Positions 13,005 to 25,498 of a stretch of 64,000 bases of DNA are shown here, one piece after another (the stretch's first letter is position 1; each line of letters starts with the position of its first letter). Source of the DNA: Octopus sinensis (Eukaryota); NCBI RefSeq assembly GCF_006345805.1, contig NC_042998.1:100812001-100876000 (forward strand), in the 5' to 3' direction. Below the pieces are notes generated by a model, which was not told the origin of the DNA, ran no database searches, and saw only the letters and a program-made list of their open reading frames with translations. The position numbers and the translations under genes are program-made.

Positions 13005-13492
13005 TAACCCATTAATTGCCAAATTTTTTTATTCATATTTTTTTTGCCAGGTGTCTTAGGAGTTAAAATAATATATAGTATTTTCTTCATATGTGAATTA
13101 TTTTGGAAATTATGATAAATTTTTCGAAAAGTCCCAAATAAGGATCACTGAAAAAGAGCATATTTATCCTTTTCTATTCGCAATAATTAACATTTTAGTT
13201 TTTTTGAAATTATAGTATCAAATGCGAATGTGTGTGAAATATCAATGAATGATATAGATGGGAAATGCAAAAAAAAAAAAAACTGTTTTCAAAACAGTCA
13301 ATATTTTTGTAGTTCAAAAATTGTGATTTATGACATAAAATGTTTTCTAGAATTAACCAGAGCTTATAATGACAAACTTTAACTACTAAATATTGTTAAA
13401 CACACCTTTGCAAATGCAATGTAGATAAGCAATTCACTTTAAATACAATGAACAAATGGCAGTGAAACTGTTTTTAGAAGGCAATAGGTTAA
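13005..13492. mobile_element. TTAA-flanked non-autonomous DNA transposon (piggyBac-like)
   Basis: ttaaccc.ttaattgcc / ggcaataggttaa termini. Confidence 0.45.
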
Positions 13493-15227
13493 TTACCATT
13501 TGGCAATTATGACACATTGTGTAGAAGTGAAGAAAATTTTAATAAATCAGGAATTTACATTGTATGGTACTTCATATAACTGTATTTGTCTATATTGTTT
13601 AAATACATGCCACTGAGTTATTTCTCTTAGCTGATTTTTATCTACATATAAAGTCTGAACCTGCTTAGCCCATTTCTGGTTGTGAAGAGAAAACCTAAGA
13701 GATTGGAATAAAGTTTTGGTAATGCTACAAATATGTGGCTGCAATGAAAGACCTTGCAGAAATGCGATGCCTGCCTAATTTTTGTAAAGGTTTAAACATT
13801 GTTCATCACTAGTTAGGACACAGTGTCATGTTTCTTTGATATGTAATTGAGCAATTGTTTAGGTGCTGTTGATTGAAGTAGAGAAAATATCAGATATGTA
13901 TTGTAATTGAAATGGCGTTGGTAGTTGCAGCAAAAGGAGTGTCACTGAAGGAATGATGGTGATGATGATGATAATGGCGATGATGATGATGATAACGATC
14001 TGGCTAGCTGGATAAGGGCAGTTGTGGTAGAGACGATAATGGTAACGACAGCAGTATAGTGGTGGATGATGATGATCATAACAAAACTGGTGGGAGTTAT
14101 GGAATGACATTGTAATGTTGGGTGTGGAAGTGATGAGAGTAACAGTGAGGGTGGTGCATGCAAAGATGCTGAAAGGGTTACAGGAAGTGAAATGGTAGTA
14201 ATAGAATGGCAATGATTGTTAAGTTCCTGGTAAAACTAAAAGGTTCCATTTTACTTGATGCACTCACAAATATATATATATATATATATACATACACATG
14301 TATGTATGTATGTATGTATGTGTGTATGTATGTATGTATGTATGTATGGGGTGGATGAATAAATGGTATTTTGTTTTGATACTGGTAGGAGTGGTGATGT
14401 AAATAAGAACAGTGTTAAATGGTGCTAATGGTTTCATTGCCTATCAACTGAAGTTTTACTATTATAAGGCTTGGTTTGAAAATCAGAAGGAACAACCTTA
14501 TAAAGCTATATATAACAAGACAAATATTTAAAAATAAAATGAAACAGACAAAATAAAAAAAAAAAACTAAATGAAAAACATGTGAGTTTGAGAAATTCAA
14601 GAATAAATGCTATTTATTGCATTCATTGATTTTGTCACATATTTTCACACACCCCATTCTCTTCTTCCACAGAAAAATCCATTCTCAACTCAAAATAACA
14701 AAGAAACAAACTTTAAAGAAATATGAACAATTTAAACAAATGAATCTAGCTAAATTGGTTTTTGGGATAGGCTGGCCAAGTCTTTGCAATATTTCATATT
14801 AAAAATGGGATTTAAACAAGATTAATATGCTTCTTTTTCACTCTGCTAAAAATGGTTATATTTTTAGTGGTAATTCATTCAAACATAAAATATAACTTCC
14901 TGATGTCTATGAAATTGTCAAAAGTTATTTCTTAAATAAACAACAAGTCTGCATTCAAGTACATTCTTATTCATATAAAACAGTACATGTCTATATGCAA
15001 ATAATATGCAATTATTCATGCATGGTTGCTTGTGTGCAGGTGTACTGACTTGTATGCATTAGGATGTTATATATATACACACACATACACACACACCACA
15101 CACACACATATATATACATATCAGAGGGAAACCACTATGTGGACACCCTTATGCTAGAAATAGATCCGCTATGGTCTTACCACTAAGAAATGTTCTCCAG
15201 AAAAATTTAGCAAAACATATATATATA

Positions 15228-15600
15228 TCATCATCATAATCATCATCGTTTAACGTCTGCTTTCTATGCTGGCATAGGTTGGAATATTTGATTGAGGACT
15301 GGCAAACCAGTTAGCTGCACCAGGCTCCAATCTGATCTGGCAGAGTTTCTATAGCTGGATGCCCTTCCTAATGCCAACCACTCCGAGAGTGCAGTGGATG
15401 CTTTTACGTGCCACTGGCAACAACCTCGCTGAATATTTTTTCATGTGCCACCAGAACAAGTGCCAGTAAGGCGACGCTAGTAATGATCATGCTTGAATGA
15501 TGCTTTTTATGTGCCACCAGCATGGAAGCCAGTTAGTAACTCTGGCAACAGTCATGCTTGGATGGTGCTCTTAGCACTTCACTAGCACAGATGCCAGTCA
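15228..15600 (-). mobile_element. RTE LINE 3' end remnant
   Basis: (cat)n tail and 3' UTR similar to 1436-1724. Confidence 0.75.
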
Positions 15601-15796
15601 TGTACACACACATGCATACACACACACACATTCTTACAAACATACAACTACATATGCACATCTACATATGTGTGTAGACATATGAATGTGCATGTGTGCT
15701 CCAAAAAGCAAAAGAAATCAGAGGGTTGGGCCATTGATTTAAATTGTATATTTTGTTATCCTCTTTGAATGAATAATAATAATGATAATTATAATA

Positions 15797-16003
15797 CTAC
15801 TATAGACACAAGGCCTGAAATTTTGGTGGAGGGAGTTAGTTGATTACATTGACCCCAATACTAAACTGGTACTTATTCCACTGATCCTACAAAAATGAAA
15901 AGGTAGAGTTGGCTTTGAAAGTATTTGAATTCAGAATGTAAAGAGTTAGGAGAAATGCTACAAAGCATTTTGTCTGGTGCAGTAACAATTCTGCCAGCTC
16001 ACT
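15797..16003 (-). mobile_element. SINE family B (Nin/Deu-domain-like), old CpG-decayed copy
   Basis: Homologous to 34700-34923. Confidence 0.6.
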
Positions 16004-16019
16004 TCAATAATAATAATCA

Positions 16020-17800
16020 TTATCATCATCATCATTTAACATCTGTTGTCCATGCAGGCATGGGTTAGACAGTTTGACCAGGGCTGATAAGCTGAGGGGC
16101 TGCACCAGACTCCAGTCTAATTTAGCATGGTTGCTATGGCTGGATGCCCTTCCTAATGACAACCACTCCGAGAGTATAGCATGTGCTTTTTATGTGCCAC
16201 TGGCACAGAAGTCAGTCAGGCAGCACTGGTATTGACCACGCCAAATGGTGCTTTTTATATGCCACTAATACAGGGAGCCAGTCAGGTGGTACTGGCATCA
16301 ACTCATGCTTGAATGGTGCTTATTACGTGCCACTAGCATGGGTGCCAGTCAGGCATATTGCCATCCAATACGACTACGATTTCACTTGACTCAACAGGTC
16401 TTCTCAAGCACAGTGTATTGCCCAACGGTTCAAGGGTACTTTTAAATGGGTTGGCTATGCGATACTTGTATTGGCCACAGCTGTGATCTCATTTTACTTG
16501 CTGGGTCTTCTCAATCACAGTATATCTTCAAAGGTCCTGGTCTCTTGTCATTGCCTCTGTGAGGTCCAATGTTCAAAGGTTGTGCTTCACCACCTCACCC
16601 CGTGTCTTCCTGGGTCTACCTCTTCCATAGGTTCCTTCCACTGTTGTGGTGTGACACTTCTTCACATAGCTGTCCTCATCCATATGCAGTACATGACTAT
16701 ACCATCGCAGTTGTCTCTCTTGCACACCACATCTGATGCTTCTTATGTCCAACTTTTCTCTCAGGGCGCTTACACTCTGTCATGTATGCACACTGACATT
16801 ACACATCCAGTGGATCATACTAGCTTCATTTCTTTCAAGCCTACGTATGTCCTCAGCAATCATGGTCCATATTTCACTGATGTGTAGCATGGCTGTTCAC
16901 ACACATGCATCATACAGTCTAGCTTTCAGTCTAAGTGAGAGGCCCTTTGTTATCAGCAGAGGTAGGAGCTTTCTGAACTTTGCCTGGGCTGTTCTTATTC
17001 TAACGGCTATGCTCTCAAAGCATCCACCCCCACTACAAACTTGGTCATCTTGGAAGAGGAAGCTATCTACTACTTCTAGTCTCTCCCCCTGGCATGTGAT
17101 GGAATCTGTTTTCTGTACATCTTTGGTGTTTATTGTCCCTGAGCATCTGCCACACACAAAAACTACCATCTTGGTTAATCATCCTTTGATATTGCTGCAC
17201 CTCTTATGTGTCCATAGCTAATACCGTGTATATCTTATGGAGTTTCTACCTATGACTTTTCTATAGATTAAGCAGGGCCATCTACCTGGAGAGGTTTGTG
17301 ATTTGTCTCACTTCCTTCTTATTAGGACTTTGGTTTTTGCTAGATTGACTCTAAGGCCCTTCGATTCTAGACCATGCTTCCACACCTGAAACTTCATCTC
17401 TAGTTCTGGTAGTGACTCAGCTATTAGAGCAAGGTCATCAGCACAGAGGAGCTTCCAGGGGCAGCCTTTCTTGAATTCCCCTGTTATTGCCTGGAGGACT
17501 ATGATGAATAAGAGGGGGCTGAGGACTGAACCCCTACTTCTACCTGGAATTCTTCACTATACTTGTTGCCAACCTTCACCTTACTGACAGTATCCCTGTA
17601 CAGGCTTTTGCAGCTCTTACCAACCATTTGTCTATCCCTAGTTTCCACATTGACCACCAGATAAGGGATCAGGGGACCCTGTCAAAGGCTTTCTCTAAGT
17701 CAACAAGAGCTAAGTACATAGGTTTATCTTTGGCTAGGTATTTCTCCTGCAGTTGCCTTACCAGAAATATAGTATCAGTGGAGCTTCTACCTGGCACAAG
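16020..17800 (-). mobile_element. 5'-truncated RTE-clade LINE, disrupted reverse transcriptase
   Basis: Minus-strand translation gives VPGRSSTDTIFLVRQLQEKY..VDLEKAFDRVP, GSVLSPLLFIIVL, LLCADDLAL (YADD motif), VNLAKTKVL, WTHKRCS..FVCGRC and LEVVDSF; stops and frameshifts present; (gat)n tail at about 16020. Confidence 0.92.
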
Positions 17801-18167
17801 TTAATTCCTATTAAAAAAATATTTAAAAAACAGGATACTTAAATGTCATAACTGCTTAAATCAAATAAATGACCTAAGCAATGAGTCACTTTCTCAACAG
17901 GATGTCTTGAAAGAATTTCCTATTTCAAAATATTTATATATATTTTTTATAAGCTATTTTCAGCTTTCGGGTGTCTACCACTGACAAGGCCAATGAAGGC
18001 TTAAATCACATGGTATGGTAGCCCTGGTAGCAGCAATGGTGGTTGATTATCTCCTGCTAGTGATATAAACATGAGTGCTTGTATGCACCACTAATCCATG
18101 GGAGGTCCTCACATGGTAACTATTGCAATATTCTGTGTTCTAATGCCACATCCACTTTTAAGTGGTG

Positions 18168-18206
<39 letters not shown>

Positions 18207-18219
18207 TACACACACATAT

Positions 18220-18552
18220 GCGCAGGCACGACTATGTGGTAAGAAGTTTGTTTCCCAACCACATGGTTCCAGGTTCAAGTCTCACTGTGTGGCACCTTGG
18301 ACAAGTGTCTTCTATTATAGCCTCAGGCTGACCAAAGTCTTGTGAGTAGATTTGGAAGACAGAAAATTGTAAGAAGCCTATCACATGTGTGTGTGTGTGT
18401 GAGTGAGTGTGTGTGTGGTCTTTGTTCCCCGGCAAAAGAGGCCTACAAAATAAGTACCAAATTTTTTTAGAAAAGTACTGCAGTCAATTCATTCAATTAA
18501 AAATTCTTCATGGCTGCAGTCTAATGACTGAAACAAGTAAAAGATAAAAGAT
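18220..18552 (+). mobile_element. SINE family A
   Basis: tRNA-like head gcaggca..tgtggtaagaagtttg..ggttcaag, core and tail. Confidence 0.8.
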
Positions 18553-19423
18553 TACATATATGTATATATATATATATAATATATATATATATATACAAGA
18601 AAGACAAAGCAAGAATTTATTAGCTAAAAAACTAGAATTGATAAAAAGAATAACATTTCAACATCCTTGTGTGTAGGTTGTTATGTATTTTTTAATGGTG
18701 CTTAATCAATAAAATACTTAACTCTTTTAATACTAACCCATCTGAAACAGCTTCTGTCTTTGAGACAGAGCCACTTGTTCTAAGCTGTATATATTTAAAT
18801 AAAGTCCACTGTTGTAATTTTACATAAAATGTTTTCAAGTTATGTTCCAAATAAATATCAGTTTAGCAACGAAATAAATTATTTTAGCAAATCTTTCGTT
18901 GATTATTTCCAAAATTAATTGAAACATGCGGACAGAATTTTTCATCAGCATAATAATGTTACAAAAGGGTTTATATACTGAATAATGGTTGGATGATACT
19001 ACAAATTTACAAAAGAGCAGGGATTATATGGAACATATATTTATTGGCTTAGATGCTCATTAAAAAGTTAACTACGCAAAAAAAAAAAAGAGGGTGGGGT
19101 TAGTTAGTAGTGGAGCTTCAATGTAGACACTTGATAAGCTCAGTGTAGCAGCCAAGTTTCAGTAAATCCCTTATTTATAGCCTATCAAATGAATACCATA
19201 TGTTTTAATCTTTAGATTTCAGAATTACATGATAAAAATAATGACAGAAATGCCAAGCATTGAAATTCTGATTGAGTGTTTCTTTTTAATATTCACTCAC
19301 TTTCTCTTTCTTTCTCTCTCTCAATGAAACACATTCACTGAAACAAATCAGACTCTTTGGGTCTACTTCTGCTCTATGACACAAAACCCGTAATTCTAAA
19401 ATTTTCCTATTTAAATTAAAATC

Positions 19424-19612
19424 TGTTGTGGCAAGAGCCATTGACCACCCCTAACGGATTGGAGAATAGACTAGGTGAACTCTTTTAAAAAGTAGAGGTC
19501 AGTAGTAGTCAGAAAGAGCATTTTGGCAGTCTCACAAAGTACATCGTGTGAACACATTGATTAAACTGCTGCTGCATAATTTATCTATACCAACCTGTGG
19601 CAGGATATGAAA
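19424..19612 (+). repeat. 5' LTR
   Basis: Starts TGTTGTGG; aligns to 21984-22170; followed by the PBS. Confidence 0.85.
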
Positions 19613-19613
19613 G

Positions 19614-19631
19614 TGGCGATGAGATATTCAA
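19614..19631 (+). promoter_or_regulatory. Primer-binding site, tRNA-Ser(GCT)-like
   Basis: tggcgatgag resembles the complement of the metazoan tRNA-Ser(GCT) 3' end (TGGCGACGAG); the sister copy reads tggcgacaagtggttcgaa. Confidence 0.65.
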
Positions 19632-19694
19632 AGCTTGCATAGAACGTTTAATTTCTTTTTTTTTGGTACAAAAGCAAAGAAAAAATCATTTAAC

Positions 19695-20360
19695 ATGTAA
19701 GACTTGTTGGCCCAAATGATGCAATTGCAACAGCAATGACAGCAGTTACAACAACAACTACAACAATACCAACAATTACTGAAAGTAATGTTGAAGAAGT
19801 CTGAAAATACTTCAGGTTCATTCTCATCAGACAGTGTAGCAAGTTCAATTGAAGAATTTATTTATAACCTAGAAGAAGGTACAACTTTTTCTTCATATTT
19901 TATAAGATACAAAAAATTCTTCAAAGAAGAATGTAAAAATTGGAATAACAAGAAGAAGGTGCAACTACTTTTAAGAAAGTTATCTCCTGCCTTACATGAA
20001 AGATACTGTAACTATATTCTGCCAAAGAAACCAGGTGAGATTTGTCTCAATGAAACAGTTAATTTGTTACTGAGAATTTTCCGTGAAAGAAGTGCCCTGT
20101 TCAATACTCATTGGCAATGTTTAAATTTAGTTAAAAAGGATGAAGATTTCATCGCCTATGCTGGATTCGTTAACAGAAAGTGTGAAAAGTCTAAATTAAA
20201 TGAATTAATCCTGGATTTGTTCAAATGTCTAATTTTTGTTCAAGGGTTAACAACAAGAAAAGATGCTGATATACATTCCCATATATTTACAAAATTAGAG
20301 CAGGACCAAAAATGAACTCTACAGGCAGTGGCTCAAGAATGCCAGAGGATTATAAATTCA
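19695..20360 (+). pseudogene. Gypsy gag remnant with Gln-rich N-terminus
   Basis: ATG at 19695 followed by stops; ORF 19788-20315 IEEFIYNLEEGTTFSSYFIRY..LLLRKL..HERYCNYILPK..FKCLIFVQGL resembles K02A2.6-like gag. Confidence 0.85.
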
Positions 20361-20361
20361 A

Positions 20362-21410
20362 TGTTCCAAGCATTTTGGGGGCTTTCAGATTACTGCCAGG
20401 TATACATACCAAATATACACGATTTAAGAGCACCCCCGAATAACCTATTAAAAAAAGACATTAAATGAAACTAGTTGGACAGATGCCAAAAACCATTTGA
20501 AAAAATTAAAAATGTTTTAATGTCGGAATTGTCATTATCACATTTTGACCTGAATTTAGAAATAATAGCAGCAGCAGATGCTAGTGAAAGTGGTATTGGA
20601 ACTGTGATTTTACACAAGTATGAATATGGTAACCTGAAAGCAGTAGCTCATGCTTTGCGTTCATTATTGCCGGCTGAGAAAAGCTACAGTCAAATAGAAA
20701 AAGAGGCATTAGTCATCATATTTGCAGTCAGAAAATTCCATAAATTTATAGATGGAAGAAGGTTTTGTCTACAGGCAGACTACCGCCCATTACTGTCAAT
20801 CTATGGATCAATAAAGGGTATTTTCACTCATATGGCCAACAGATTGCAGTGCTGGGGAACGATCCTACTGAATTATGATTTCAAGATGGAATATTTGCCA
20901 TTGAAAAAATTGGGACATGCAGATGATTTGTCAAGTCTAATACCAAAATTCAGCAAACTACTAGAAGACACAGTGATAGCGGCATTAAAAGTCAAAAATG
21001 AAATAAAAAATATATTGCACAATGTTGTGCGTGAATTGCCAGTGACATTGAAGGAAATATAAATTAAGGCAGAGATGGACAAGTTTATCATAAAAATGAA
21101 AAAAATAGTGAGATCAGAAGAAAAAAAAATTTGTGTGGCTGGACGTAAAACAGTTTCGAATTTGTATTCGATATGTGATAATGCGATTATGTATGCACAG
21201 AGGGTCATAATGCTACCTCACTACAATGTCAGGTTGCTCTTGGGTGCTACAGGTAAGATGTAACTCAGTACAACCTGTTGCACTGGTCAGGAAGCTTTTA
21301 TGGGTGCTACTGGTAACATGTAATCCAGTACAACCTGTTACATGCACTGGGACATAGAGAAATTGGTGAAAGCTGGTAGAGGTTGTGTGCTTGGCAGTCA
21401 AATTATCACC
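20362..21410 (+). pseudogene. Gypsy pol remnant: RT thumb/connection, RNase H, start of integrase Zn-binding region
   Basis: FQAFWGLSDYCQVYIPN; ADASESGIGTVI..SYSQIEKEALVIIFAVRKFH..DYRPL..RLQCW..GHADDLS; YMHWDIEKLVK.GRGC. Protease and RT core are missing. Confidence 0.9.
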
Positions 21411-21983
21411 TGTAAAATACCTATCATGTCCCGTGAAAAGGTGGCAAGTCAGCAGAAGTCATTGAAGAGTTTTGCTAGAGGCCAGTAAGAGTCAGTGTGT
21501 TAGTTCCACATTGAACTTGCACTGAACATGTAATTTACCATAATGGTAGTTGTTCGAATTACTGTGTGTTGGTTCCATTGCTAAAATGTGGTAAGAGATT
21601 AATTCCCTGTTCACAATATATCAGATACAGCTGTGCAGTGTTAACCAGTTAGAGGAGATGTGTTCTTGGGATAAAAAAATCGCACTAAAGTCCGTTCAAA
21701 TGAAAAACAAGAGTGCTTATTAGAACATAAAACAAGAGTGTTGTGTGCAAAAAACGAACAATACAACCTAAGAGTCAGGTAACACTTATGTTACAGCATC
21801 TGGCAATGAGTCATCAGGATATAAAAGTAACAACATAAAAAAGAAATAAAAATTCAAACCCCAAATTTCAAATTCCAGGCCAATACTGTGTGAAAAGGCC
21901 GATAGTGTGTAAAGATACTAGAAAAATAAGATAAATGAAAATAATATTAACTTTCAATGGAAGTCAACCTGAAAGTGGGGAGA

Positions 21984-22170
21984 CGTTGTGGTGAGAGTCA
22001 TTGATACCCCTGGCGAATTGGAAAATAGACTAGCTGAACTCTTATAAAGAGTAGAAGTCAGAGAGAGCGTGTTGGTAGTCTCGCAAAGCACATCGTCTGA
22101 GCACATTGATTAAATGATTAAACCTCTACTGCATAATTCATCTATACCACCCTGTGGCAGGATATAAAAA
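21984..22170 (+). repeat. 3' LTR
   Basis: Follows the PPT; diverged copy of the 5' LTR. Confidence 0.85.
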
Positions 22171-22384
22171 AAATCTATGTGAGAACCTATTCTAAAGTTA
22201 TGTTCTAAATATCCTTTTATTAATGCAAAAGTTATTTTTATATTATATCCTTTGAAATTCTTGATTATTCAAAAAAAAATTTAATTGAAATATTTGGACA
22301 ATATATTTTCATTAGAAATAATGATGAATGACTTCTAATGAAAATATATATTGTCCATATATTCCAATTAAATTTTGAAAAATA

Positions 22385-22597
22385 GATGAGCTGGCAGAAT
22401 CATTTGCATATTGAGCAAAATTCTTAGTGCCGTTTCATCCTTCATTGTGTTCTGAGTTAAAATTCTGCTGAGGTTAACTTTGCCTTTCATCATTTCAGGG
22501 TAGATAAAATAGGTACTAGTTAAGCACTGAAGTCGATGTAATTGACTTAACCCCTCCCCCAAACTTGCTGGCCTTGTGCCAAAATTTGAAACCAATA
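22385..22597 (+). mobile_element. SINE family B
   Basis: gagctggcagaatc head, tttgcctttcatc..gataaaat..gtac Nin/Deu-like core, ggccttgtgccaaaatttgaaacc tail. Confidence 0.7.
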
Positions 22598-23102
22598 TAT
22601 TTTCAATAAACATATAACAAGGGTGATCATGGCTGACCTAGGGTTAAATACCAATAGCAAAGAGCAGGAAATGGGAGTGGCATTTTTGCTCAGTTGATGC
22701 TACATAGACAAGCAATATAAAATGTAATTTTGAAACAAATGTTACGTTCTATAAATTTGTAGAATGTCACACAAAGTTCCTATTATATTCTTCCTCTCCT
22801 GCTAGTGTATCTCTGATGAGGGGTTTCTTTGTGCTTTTTACAGCCTTATGGCATCCATTTATTTTCTTTAACTTATTCATTTTCTTGTTTTAATAATCAT
22901 ATTTTGATTCTGTTGAGTAAAGATGAAGCAATAGTAGAGTTGTGGGACATAGGTTCAATCTCTTGTTGAATCCTGATCATTTTATATCACTTATAATATG
23001 GCTATGATTTTAAGTTTGTTTACAATGCATTTGTTCACAATGTATTTCATGTTACTTGCATCATTGGTGATGTCCTGTACCCATATATGTATGATTATAT
23101 GG

Positions 23103-23163
<61 letters not shown>

Positions 23164-25073
23164 ATATATATATATATATATATATACATATATGTATATA
23201 TTATATAATATATTATTTATTATTTAATTGAACGCGATGCATCCATTTCCAAGTAAATGATATATGTATGCATGTATGTATGTATGTACATGTATGATTG
23301 TGTGTATGTTTTTCCCCTGATGCTTGACAACCCACTGGTAGTTGGTTTACATCCCTATGGCTTAGCAGTTCAGCAAAAGAGGCCACCAGAACAAGTATCA
23401 GACTTAAAAACATAAGTGGTGTGGTTGATTTGTTTGGTTTAACCTTACAAGACACTGACCTGGCATAGCTGCAGTACAGTGACAGTAACAAATAAATGAT
23501 ATATTTGCCCTAACAATCATCAGCATTTTACGTCTGCTTTCTATGCTGGCATGGGTTAGACAGTTTGACAGGGATTCAATGGTTTGGAGGACTCAGAAGA
23601 TGGGCAAAATGCCGTTAAAAATTTACCCAGCATGTTAGCCTTTCTGTCAGCTCACTGCCCCATGGTAGGAGAAATACTGAATCAGCACTCCAGTTGAATC
23701 TATTTACTATATTCTCAAAAATTTTTGATTGAATTTTTGTTTTTAGCTGGAGAGGTAAAAATATCATACAGCAATTGTTAGGAAGTCCCAAAGAAAGCTG
23801 TTTAATTAATACGACAAATACAATGGCTTCTGTCAATATAAATTAAATCATGAAGGAGTGTATTGTTATTTGGAACTGGAAAAAAAAATTAGAAATAATA
23901 AAAATATTTTATAACTATTATAAAAGCAATTATTATAAATTGTTTAATGAAATCTTTCTTAAAAGCTTTCCTTATATTTCATAAATATTATGAGGTATCT
24001 TAATTAACATAATTAAACACACATTAATCATTTTTCAAGGCAGCAAGCTGACAGAAGTGGTTGAGCATCAGCGTAAATACATCACAATACTTAGTTATAA
24101 TCTGACTCAAATCCAGTCTAGCTTGATTTTTGTCTTTCATCCATCTGGAAGGGAAGTGGGAAGGTGAATCAATAAAATAAATACTAGTAAAAGTACAAAC
24201 ACCAGTAGCATTATGGGACACTTGGAACATTGAGGGAGTCTCCAAATGGCCATTCGGCTTGCTAGAAATAGCTGCCTTTTAAACTATATCATATTGTTTT
24301 GATAAAGAGCAGGTCATGTTGGATTATATATTCTTAGATTCCTTTAAAAAAAACAAAAAAACAAGATAGCTCTGGTTGATACATCTTTCTTTAAGTTAAC
24401 CTGAGGCTAAACAATAGGAGTGTTGGATTCATTTACCATATTCTTGCTCTTGGAAGACTTGGGCTTCTTTCTTGTTGAAAGTTATCAATATTTTTATAGC
24501 AATGGGTGGTAGAAACTTGGACAAATTACTCTGCAGTGTTTAGTTATGGATCCTTACTTTTTGAGTTCAAATCAAGCCACTATCAACATCGACTTACCGT
24601 TCATCCTTCCTTTTTTTGTATTTCTTAGCATGGAGGAAAACTAAGCAAAATAATTCAGAGTGGCCAGTGGTATATTGATGAAGAACACAGACAAATACAG
24701 GTATATCATATACAACATAAATTCTTGATTTATTAAAATTACTTTCATCTCTAGCAGATGTGTCACAATTACTGAATGGCAATTGGTATGTGACTCACCT
24801 ATTTCCATTCTCTTGTATTGCCATCTTCATCAATCAACTTTCCCTGTCCTTAAGAGATTATACCACTTATGACCTGTTGTGACCAGTAGACTTTTTCTTA
24901 ACTCTCATCTCCCCCTCCTCTACTGCTAGTCATCTCTCTATTTGCTCTATCTGCCATTTTACTCTTGCTACTTTTCACCCACACACCATGGCTCTCACTC
25001 TATCTCCTGCATCACATTGCTTTTTATTGTTGATCTATCTTCTTGCTCATATTGCCTTGACTGTGCATAGTTG

Positions 25074-25498
25074 CAATGCTGGATTAACCATTAAGCAAAA
25101 TAAGCACGTGCTTAGGGCATCAAGGGAAGGAGAGGGCACTACAGAAATGGTAAATGGTTTATGACACAAAAAAATCACTTTAAACTTGCTAAAATAATAT
25201 TCGGGATTCCTTTATCTCTACTAAGTATAGATGCTGATGTGCTACCTAAAATTAATTTCGAGGATCTGATCAAAGTCTTAGCAATTCAAAAAAATAGGAG
25301 GAAACTTTTCAAATATAAATAAAGTGTAAGTATACAGAAATAAACACTATTTTCCCTCTTACTGTTCTGTTTTGTTTTGAAAAATAAAAATTTATTTTAT
25401 GGTTTGTTATTGTTTATATTTTGAATTACATAATCTTTTATGGGGTCACCAAAATCTTTTAAGTGCTTAGGACCTTGATATGTCTTAATCCGACCTTG
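25074..25498 (+). mobile_element. Non-autonomous hAT transposon, copy 2, with 8-bp TSD
   Basis: TSD catagttg at 25066-25073 and 25499-25506; TIRs present; retains the transposase C-terminus LSLLSIDADVLPKINFEDLIKVLAIQKNRRKLF (hAT dimerisation-domain tail). Confidence 0.85.

Larger units (their letters stand above)
19424..22170 (+). mobile_element. Internally deleted Ty3/Gypsy LTR retrotransposon (Mag/K02A2.6-like)
   Basis: Paired LTRs 19424-19612 and 21984-22170; PBS tggcgatgag at 19614; PPT gaaagtggggaga at 21971-21983; TSD (a)aaatc; gag and RNase H remnants. Confidence 0.9.

Noticed and set aside
13859-14212. 117-aa minus-strand ORF
   Set aside because: Degenerate (GAT/GGT)n low-complexity tract.
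16471-17221. Plus-strand ORFs of 138 and 161 aa
   Set aside because: Antisense to the RTE reverse transcriptase.
24735-24870. Plus-strand peptide VTITEWQLVCD resembling the SLC22 T(I)VTEW.LVC motif
   Set aside because: The following sequence does not continue as a transporter and no partner exons were found; probably chance. A BLASTx would settle it.
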